A stretch of 64,000 nt of DNA, taken from assembly GCA_964057225.1 (NCBI GenBank), contig OZ059894.1:12648001-12712000 (forward strand), in the 5' to 3' direction. A program made the translations under genes and the position numbers. Origin of the DNA: Auanema rhodensis (taxonomy: Eukaryota; Animalia; Nematoda). Of this stretch, positions 14,563 through 21,428 are shown one piece after another. Positions within the stretch are counted from its first letter, which is position 1; each line of letters begins with the position of its first letter. A model generated the notes under the pieces. The model did not search any database. It saw nothing but the letters and a program-made list of their open reading frames with translations, and was not told the DNA's origin.

Positions 14563-14777
14563 TGTTCTGTGGATTCACAGAAAATCAGTTCTTTTTAGAT
14601 CATTTTTTGTGATATTGAATTGTGGAATCGGTTGAATCTACGTGAAACATTTACGTGATCTCTTTATACCCTTTTTCCAATTTTATTCTTATACGTTGTA
14701 CCAAACCCATCCGGTTGTTCGGATAATAAGTAAATAAATCATTATATATAAATATATGTTTCTATTATTTTGAGACA
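14563..14777 (+). repeat. 5' LTR (215 bp)
   Basis: Begins TGTTCTGTGG and ends TTGAGACA. Identical by eye to 21214-21428. Confidence 0.97.
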
Positions 14778-14784
14778 TAAAAAG

Positions 14785-14796
14785 TGGTGCATCGGC
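14785..14796 (+). promoter_or_regulatory. Primer-binding site complementary to the 3' end of tRNA-Gly(GCC)
   Basis: TGGTGCATCGGC follows a 7-nt spacer after the 5' LTR. It is the reverse complement of GCCGATGCACCA, the 3' end of invertebrate tRNA-Gly(GCC) including CCA. Confidence 0.85.
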
Positions 14797-14896
14797 AAAA
14801 GTTATCTTGAGCTCGCATTAAATCAAAAAAAGGATAAAGAAATAATTAAAAAGAAAGAAATTAATTAAATTAATAAAAGGTTGATTATATTCAAAA

Positions 14897-16759
14897 ATGA
14901 GTTTATATCATCAGAAAATTGAGGCAAAAGTAATAATATCAGGTATTCAAAGAAGGATCAATACTACTCTAGCAAAAAGAGAAGAAATAATTCATATTCT
15001 TGAAGAATCTGAAAGAATAAAAGATAAAAGTTTGATTAAATTCAGAGATTATATTTCTTCTTTTAACAATCTTATGGAGAGATCTGTAATTTTGAAAAAT
15101 GATGAAGTATTTGAAGATATCAAAGAAAAACTAAAAAAATCCATAATTATTGAAAATTGGATAGCTATAAAAGAAGAAATAGAGGAATTTAAAGAGTTAA
15201 TCGGAAATAATTCGAAAAATATAATTCATGAAGAAATAAAAATGAATATGAAACATTTCAACAATATTGAAGAAGATTTTCTTAAAGCAATTGAAAAAGA
15301 AAATTTAAGATCAGAATATTCAAATTTTTCTGAAGACGATACTCAATTTTCAAATGAAAGCGATTTAGAGTCTGAGTATGAACGTTTATCTAACAGATTC
15401 ACACCCAGAAATAAGATATCAGGAAGTTCACTACATAGAATGGAAGATACACTTTCTTATAGTAGAAGAAAAGCAAGAAATATCAAAACATCGCAACCAG
15501 ATATAATTCTAACTGAAAAAATAAACGAGTTGTCACAGAAGTTAGAATTGTTATCAAAAAATTTTAAAAATAACGTGGATGTTGGAATGCTTACACCTAC
15601 TCGATTTGAGAATACCCAATACAACAATTCAATTCCTCGATCAAACTTCGAAATCAGTAATAAAAGGGATGAAGTGAACCACAGTTATACTTTATATCAA
15701 AAACTCCCAAGAATAGAAATTAAAGAATTTGATGGGGATCTCAAAAAATTCAAAGAATTTTATAATATTTTCATGCTAACTATTCATAATAACACAAATT
15801 TAACGAATTTAGAAAAATTTTATTACTTAAAAGCATCATTAAAGGGTTTCCCCGCACAATTAATAGCACATCTATCACTAGATACAAACAATTATGAAAA
15901 AGCTTTAACAATAGTAAAAGAAACATTTGATCGACCATATGAAATCAAAAAAGAATTAAAAAAGGAACTAAAATATATAAGGAGATCAATCGAAAATCCA
16001 TATGCAACACGAGAAAACTTCTACAAAATGAAATCAATATTAGCAGCATTAGAAGAATATGAAAACATTAATACCGATGAAATTATAGAAACAGTGAAAA
16101 GTAAATTTGATATAGAAATAAATACAAAAATATCAGAAATTGAAATAGTAGAAAAAAGAAGATTAAACATTTCAGAAATACTCAATTGTATAGAAATAAG
16201 AATAGAAGCAACAATTGCTGCTATAAATCAGGAATACATTAGAAGAGAAGAAACAAAACCAACATTAAATTTTTTCACTAATTCATCAAATAGATATAAC
16301 AAAAAATATCATGAAAAAAACGTTGATATCAATAAAAAACTAACCTTTGAAAAAGAACCATACAGAAAAGAAACTTCAGCGTGTATATTCTGTAAAATGA
16401 ATAATCATGAAAGCGCAAAATGTAAAAAAGTAACAAATATTCAAGAAAGGAGAAATGTAGTAATAAATAATAAACTATGCTGGATATGTTTTAGACAAAA
16501 CCATTCATCATTTGAATGTACCAGTAACAAATGTTGCAATTGTAACGGTAATCACAATGAGAGCCTTTGTTTTAAAATAAAAAATCAAGAAACAAGCGAA
16601 ATGATTAATAAATCAGAAAAATATAGAGATAAAACAAACTTAAGTTATCAAAATAACGAGAAACGATATGATAAAAAAGACATTTCACCAACAGGTGGTA
16701 ACTCTGAGCCTTTGAGAACAAATTTTCGGTTCACCCCAGTGAACGCGGATCATACATGA
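14897..16759 (+). CDS. gag: BEL/Pao Gag (DUF1759-like core plus three zinc knuckles), 620 aa
   Basis: LPRIEIKEFDGD...EKFYYLKASLKG...NYEKALTIVKETF core. Knuckles are CIFCKMNNHESAKC, CWICFRQNHSSFEC and CCNCNGNHNESLC. Confidence 0.93.
   Translation: MSLYHQKIEAKVIISGIQRRINTTLAKREEIIHILEESERIKDKSLIKFRDYISSFNNLMERSVILKNDEVFEDIKEKLKKSIIIENWIAIKEEIEEFKELIGNNSKNIIHEEIKMNMKHFNNIEEDFLKAIEKENLRSEYSNFSEDDTQFSNESDLESEYERLSNRFTPRNKISGSSLHRMEDTLSYSRRKARNIKTSQPDIILTEKINELSQKLELLSKNFKNNVDVGMLTPTRFENTQYNNSIPRSNFEISNKRDEVNHSYTLYQKLPRIEIKEFDGDLKKFKEFYNIFMLTIHNNTNLTNLEKFYYLKASLKGFPAQLIAHLSLDTNNYEKALTIVKETFDRPYEIKKELKKELKYIRRSIENPYATRENFYKMKSILAALEEYENINTDEIIETVKSKFDIEINTKISEIEIVEKRRLNISEILNCIEIRIEATIAAINQEYIRREETKPTLNFFTNSSNRYNKKYHEKNVDINKKLTFEKEPYRKETSACIFCKMNNHESAKCKKVTNIQERRNVVINNKLCWICFRQNHSSFECTSNKCCNCNGNHNESLCFKIKNQETSEMINKSEKYRDKTNLSYQNNEKRYDKKDISPTGGNSEPLRTNFRFTPVNADHT
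16720..16749 (+). promoter_or_regulatory. Candidate -1 programmed ribosomal frameshift signal (A_AAT_TTT plus hairpin)
   Basis: X_XXY_YYZ heptamer AAATTTT at 16720-16726 is correctly phased in the gag frame. It lies in the 16708-16759 stretch where the -1 (pol) frame is open, and is followed by a GTTCAC-CCCA-GTGAAC stem-loop at 16729-16744. Confidence 0.6.
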
Positions 16760-19700
16760 ATAAAATTAGTATAAAATCACTAGTTTCAAATAATAGTAGT
16801 GTTTTAGATCAAGAAAATACATTTTTTATATCAATTTTTAAAGTAAAAAATAAACATTTAACAGTCATTTTTGACTCATGCTCACAAAAATCATTTATTA
16901 GAGAAGAAATAGCAAATAGTTTAAATTCAAAGACTTTATCTCACGAAAAAATTCCAATTGGAACAATCGGAAATAAAGAAACAGTGTATAATTCAAAAGT
17001 AACTTGTTTAGATATGTCAAATGTAAATATCAATGTTTTAACTATTCCAATAATTACAGATGAAATTTGTATACCAGAATTAAGTCATGAAGACTTAAAC
17101 GAAATTATGCTAATTGATACGCAAGCCAAAAAACAGGCTTCAGCAGACAAAAATGAAATAGGTGAATATGCTAATGAGGCCATAAATAACAAAAATCATA
17201 AACTGAAAGAGTCTCATGACGAATTAAATTTAGAAGAAAGTGTTTTTGAATTTTTTATTGGAAAAACGAGAATCGAACCGGATATACTAATCGGAATGGA
17301 TAACTACTTCAATATTATTCCTAAAAATTTCAAATCTTTAATTTTAAAATCAGGTTTAATAGTTCTACCAACTAAAATTAACCCAATAATATGTGGAACA
17401 ATAAAAACGGAAGAAAGTCAGGAACTTAATAAAGATCTGAAATGTTTTTTAACAGGAATTAAACTCAAAAAACCTGAAAAGGACACTAAAGAAATTTTGA
17501 GAAAAAAGGAAGATGAAATTGCTCGGAAACATTTCCATGATAATGTAAATATTCAAAATGGTAGAGTTACCGTTGCATTCCCTATAAAAGCAAATATCCA
17601 ATCAATTAATAACAACTTTGGAAAAAGCTTTGGTTGTTTGAAAGGTCTAATTAAAAGCTTAGAAAATAAGCAAGATGTTTTAAAGATCTATGATGACACA
17701 ATCAAAGAACAATTAAGATCAGAAATTCTTGAAATAGCCCCAAAAACATGTCATCCATTTTTTACCTATTACATTCCTCATCATTTTGTTCTAAAATTAA
17801 GCAGTAACACAACCAAACTGAGGGTAGTATTGAATGCATCGAGTAAAACGAAAGGTTCTAAATCTTTAAATGATATCTTATATCAAGGAGAAGGAATAAT
17901 TCCAAATTTAATAGGCATGCTGATTAGATTAAGATTAACAAAAGAGTTTATAATGGGAGATATAGAAAAAGCCTTTCATCAAATAGCTTTAAAAAATGAA
18001 CATCGTGATTTAACGAGAATATTATGGATCAAAGACCTTAAACAAGAAATCACTAATAATAATCTGTTATATCTCAGATTCACCAGAATACCATTTGGTG
18101 TCAACAGTTCTCCTTTTTTATTAGCCGCTAGTATAATATATTTTTTAAAACTAGAAAACAGATATTTTAATGATGATCTGATGAAGAACACATATGTGGA
18201 TAACATAATGATGAAAATCACGAATGAAAATCAAAGTTTAAAGTTATATGAAGAAATAAAAAACTTATTTTCTAAGATAAATATGAACGTCAGAGAGTTT
18301 TATACTAATAATAAAGAAATTATGGGGAAGATTCCTGAAAATGACAAAATGAAAGATGGAAACATGAAAATATTAGGTATTAATTATAATAAAAATGAAG
18401 ATGTGTTTCAAATAAAAATTCCGGAATGGAAAAATCAGAAAATAACAAGAAAAAACGTTCTAAGTTTCATAAACTCGGTTTTCGACCCTATCGGAATATC
18501 ACAACCAATCTTGTTGAAAGCTAAATTATTCATGAAGAAATTATGGGAACTGAAAAATGAATGGAACGATGAGATTAAAGAAAAAGAACTAAACGCTGAA
18601 TGGCAAAATGTCATCAAAAATGTACAAAATACAACAATAAACATCCCAAGGCAACTCTTAGTTGAACAAAATCCGAATGAAATTGAATATTTTTTATTTA
18701 CGGATGCATCAAAAGACGTAATTGCTGCTGTTGCATACATTGTCGAATATAACAACATGAAAGAAGTGATAAATGTTCAATTCCTGAACTCTAAATCATC
18801 CACTATGGTGGAAGGGTCAATACCTATGAAAGAACTATCAGCAGTAGTACTAGGTATGAAACTACTGAGAGAAAACATGAAAGAAATTAACGTGAAAATA
18901 GAAATGATTAAAATTTTCACAGATTCTCAGGTAGTCTTACATTGGATATTTAAAAATCCACAGAAAAAAGTATATATCAAAAACAGATTAGAAAAAATAA
19001 ATTTGATTATTGATGAAATCAAAAATGAAGGAAAAAAGATTGAATTTTTTTATGTAAAATCAGAATCAAACCCTGCTGACATACCAACACGAGGGATTGA
19101 TGAAAAGGATGAACAATTTGAAGTTTGGAAAAATGGTCCGAAATGGATAAAATCCAAAAATTTATATTCTATTCATATCAAATCTATGGAAGAAGTAGTA
19201 AACCCCGAAAATCTCAGTCAAAAAATTTTAAATTTCTTAATTAGTTCAAAAAAGCCAATCCAGTATGAAAATTTAGATGGTCTGGTACAAAAATATTCTT
19301 CATTTCCAAAATTCATCCAAATAATTAAGAATATATTAGTCTTTATTTGCAATTCAAGCATGAAAAATAACTGCAAATTGTCAAAACTATTACAAGGCCT
19401 TAAAAATTCAAATTCGGAATCGGAAAAAACTAAATTAACAGAATTAATTATTATAAAATTACATCAAGAACAAAATATCGAAAGTTTAGAAAAGAAAAAA
19501 TATAAATGCCTCGATATAATTAAAGATGAAAATGGTATACTTAGAGTAAGAGGAAGAATAGGTGATAAAGAAAATCAAAAAGATAAATATCCTATATTAA
19601 TTTTCGGAAAAACTCAATATGCCAATTTATTCATAACCTATATGCATGGTTTAACACTTCATGCTTCAAGAAATACGTTGATATCGATTGTCAGAAGTGA

Positions 19701-20880
19701 ATTTTTTATAATAAGGTTAAAATCAGTGATAAATAACGTAAACTCAAAATGTATTAAATGTAAAAAACTGAATAACAGACCATATAAATATCCTAACTAT
19801 CCGCAATTACCAGAATACAGGATAAATCAATTTAAACCTTTTGAAAATGTAGGAATAGATTATGCAGGTCCACTGTATGTATCAACAGACACTGAAAGAA
19901 ATAAAAAAGTCTGGATTATGCTCATCACATGTTTAAGTACTAGGGCAGTTTATATTGATATCGCAGAAAACTGTTCAACAAATGAATTTATTCTGAATAT
20001 AAGAAAATTTTTTGCACGAAAGCGAATACCAAAAGTCATCATTAGTGACAATGGTTCACAATTTATAAAATCAGATAAAGTTCTTAAAACTCTATTAGAG
20101 CAGAAAGCAATTCAATGGAAATTTATAACACCACATTCTCCTTGGAAAGGTGGATTTTACGAAAGACTAATAGGTATTACCAAGAAATATTTGATGAAAA
20201 CCCTAGAAAATAAGCAAGTTTCACAAAAAGAATTAAGCACTATTTTATGCGAAATTGAGAATATCATGAATAATCGTCCATTGACGAATTTAGAAACTGA
20301 TTTTGATAAAATAATAACACCATTAAGTTTAGAGGTTTATCATCCGAATAATTTATTGCCAAATTATGAGAATAATGAACAAAAAAGAAATTTAGAATCT
20401 AACAATGAGATAAAGAATTGGTTAGAAGTATGTAACAAGAGAATAGAAAACTTTTGGCTGGAATGGAGTCAACATTACATCGAAGAACTAAGAGCTTCGA
20501 ATACAAAATTCCGTAATGAGAACCATTTTTCTAAAATAACACCCAATGTGGGGGATGTAGTACTTTGTGAACAGAGTAACACTAAAAGAAACAAATGGCC
20601 TATGGCTATTATAGAGAAACTTATTCCATCAAAGGATAATGAGATAAGAACAGCAATAGTTAGAAATTCAGATCGAAAAACTTTAAGAAAATCCATAAAT
20701 CATTTAATTCCGCTTGAGTTGAACATATATTCTGATATATATAATCAGAAAGATGAAACGAGTATGGAAACATTAGATCCGGAAACGCTCAAAGAGCAAA
20801 ATAAGGAAGTAGAAAAAGATGATACATGGAAAAATAGATTAAGATGTTTAGAGAGAGTAGATTATACAAAATATTTTTAA
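16756..20880 (+). CDS. pol: BEL/Pao Pol polyprotein: aspartic protease, reverse transcriptase, RNase H, DDE integrase (1374 aa from the first ATG; frame open from 16708)
   Basis: PR: FDSCSQKSFI and PDILIGMD. RT: GDIEKAFHQI, RIPFGVNSSPFLL, YVDN. RNase H: FTDAS, KELSA, FTDSQVVLHWI, NPADIPTRG. IN: H..H..CIKC, GIDYAGP, ISDNGSQF, FYERLIG. No internal stops. Confidence 0.97.
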   Translation: MNKISIKSLVSNNSSVLDQENTFFISIFKVKNKHLTVIFDSCSQKSFIREEIANSLNSKTLSHEKIPIGTIGNKETVYNSKVTCLDMSNVNINVLTIPIITDEICIPELSHEDLNEIMLIDTQAKKQASADKNEIGEYANEAINNKNHKLKESHDELNLEESVFEFFIGKTRIEPDILIGMDNYFNIIPKNFKSLILKSGLIVLPTKINPIICGTIKTEESQELNKDLKCFLTGIKLKKPEKDTKEILRKKEDEIARKHFHDNVNIQNGRVTVAFPIKANIQSINNNFGKSFGCLKGLIKSLENKQDVLKIYDDTIKEQLRSEILEIAPKTCHPFFTYYIPHHFVLKLSSNTTKLRVVLNASSKTKGSKSLNDILYQGEGIIPNLIGMLIRLRLTKEFIMGDIEKAFHQIALKNEHRDLTRILWIKDLKQEITNNNLLYLRFTRIPFGVNSSPFLLAASIIYFLKLENRYFNDDLMKNTYVDNIMMKITNENQSLKLYEEIKNLFSKINMNVREFYTNNKEIMGKIPENDKMKDGNMKILGINYNKNEDVFQIKIPEWKNQKITRKNVLSFINSVFDPIGISQPILLKAKLFMKKLWELKNEWNDEIKEKELNAEWQNVIKNVQNTTINIPRQLLVEQNPNEIEYFLFTDASKDVIAAVAYIVEYNNMKEVINVQFLNSKSSTMVEGSIPMKELSAVVLGMKLLRENMKEINVKIEMIKIFTDSQVVLHWIFKNPQKKVYIKNRLEKINLIIDEIKNEGKKIEFFYVKSESNPADIPTRGIDEKDEQFEVWKNGPKWIKSKNLYSIHIKSMEEVVNPENLSQKILNFLISSKKPIQYENLDGLVQKYSSFPKFIQIIKNILVFICNSSMKNNCKLSKLLQGLKNSNSESEKTKLTELIIIKLHQEQNIESLEKKKYKCLDIIKDENGILRVRGRIGDKENQKDKYPILIFGKTQYANLFITYMHGLTLHASRNTLISIVRSEFFIIRLKSVINNVNSKCIKCKKLNNRPYKYPNYPQLPEYRINQFKPFENVGIDYAGPLYVSTDTERNKKVWIMLITCLSTRAVYIDIAENCSTNEFILNIRKFFARKRIPKVIISDNGSQFIKSDKVLKTLLEQKAIQWKFITPHSPWKGGFYERLIGITKKYLMKTLENKQVSQKELSTILCEIENIMNNRPLTNLETDFDKIITPLSLEVYHPNNLLPNYENNEQKRNLESNNEIKNWLEVCNKRIENFWLEWSQHYIEELRASNTKFRNENHFSKITPNVGDVVLCEQSNTKRNKWPMAIIEKLIPSKDNEIRTAIVRNSDRKTLRKSINHLIPLELNIYSDIYNQKDETSMETLDPETLKEQNKEVEKDDTWKNRLRCLERVDYTKYF

Positions 20881-21207
20881 AGAAAATGAATATATTTATG
20901 AATATTTTTTCTTTATATAAATTATTAATTAAAAAGTAAATGAATAGTATTTAAGCAAATTGTTTTAAATACGGTTTTCCGGTGGGAGCCAATCACGTAA
21001 AGTCATGTCATTTTACGTGATACGTGAGAAGAGTAAAAAAGCCGTGAAATTTATTGTAATTCATCACAAAGGCAACTGATTAAAAACTAAAAATTAAAAG
21101 AATTGTAAAATGACCAAGTATATAACATCTATCGCCATTGGGCATAAACAGAAATTAAAAAGATATTTTTAGAATTGTTCCTAAACAAACTATAGCAAAA
21201 GTTCTTT

Positions 21208-21213
21208 GGGGAA
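21208..21213 (+). promoter_or_regulatory. Short polypurine tract
   Basis: GGGGAA directly abuts the 3' LTR, the expected position of the plus-strand primer. Confidence 0.7.
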
Positions 21214-21428
21214 TGTTCTGTGGATTCACAGAAAATCAGTTCTTTTTAGATCATTTTTTGTGATATTGAATTGTGGAATCGGTTGAATCTACGTGAAACA
21301 TTTACGTGATCTCTTTATACCCTTTTTCCAATTTTATTCTTATACGTTGTACCAAACCCATCCGGTTGTTCGGATAATAAGTAAATAAATCATTATATAT
21401 AAATATATGTTTCTATTATTTTGAGACA
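21214..21428 (+). repeat. 3' LTR (215 bp)
   Basis: Direct repeat of 14563-14777, followed by the TSD GAACG. Confidence 0.97.
21384..21389 (+). terminator. Putative polyadenylation signal AATAAA in the 3' LTR
   Basis: AATAAA about 40 nt before the LTR end, just after an ATCCG..CGGAT hairpin. AATAAA is common in AT-rich DNA, so support is weak. Confidence 0.4.

Larger units (their letters stand above)
14563..21428 (+). mobile_element. Full-length BEL/Pao (Belpaoviridae) LTR retrotransposon, 6,866 bp
   Basis: Two 215-bp direct LTRs with TGT...ACA ends, a 5-bp TSD, PBS and PPT. Gag has three Cys-His knuckles and pol has the order PR-RT-RNaseH-IN with BEL-type motifs (PHH..RVV.NAS, DIEKAF, PFG..SSPFLL, NPAD..TRG, DYAGP, PW.GGFYERLIG). 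Confidence 0.98.

Noticed and set aside
14563-14777. Satellite derived from the LTR (or vice versa)
   Set aside because: Apart from the TACGTGA motif and short AT-rich words, I see no collinear similarity between the LTR and the monomer.
17979-18221. 80-aa minus-strand ORF
   Set aside because: Antisense shadow of pol RT with no recognisable motifs.
18435-18758. 107-aa minus-strand ORF
   Set aside because: Antisense shadow of pol. Its F/S-rich composition simply mirrors the A-rich sense codons.
20475-20696. 73-aa minus-strand ORF
   Set aside because: Antisense shadow of the integrase C-terminus.
20881-21213. env-like third ORF or element-encoded tRNA primer in the 3' region
   Set aside because: Only 333 bp, with no ORF in the track, no cloverleaf, and no sequence complementary to the PBS seen.
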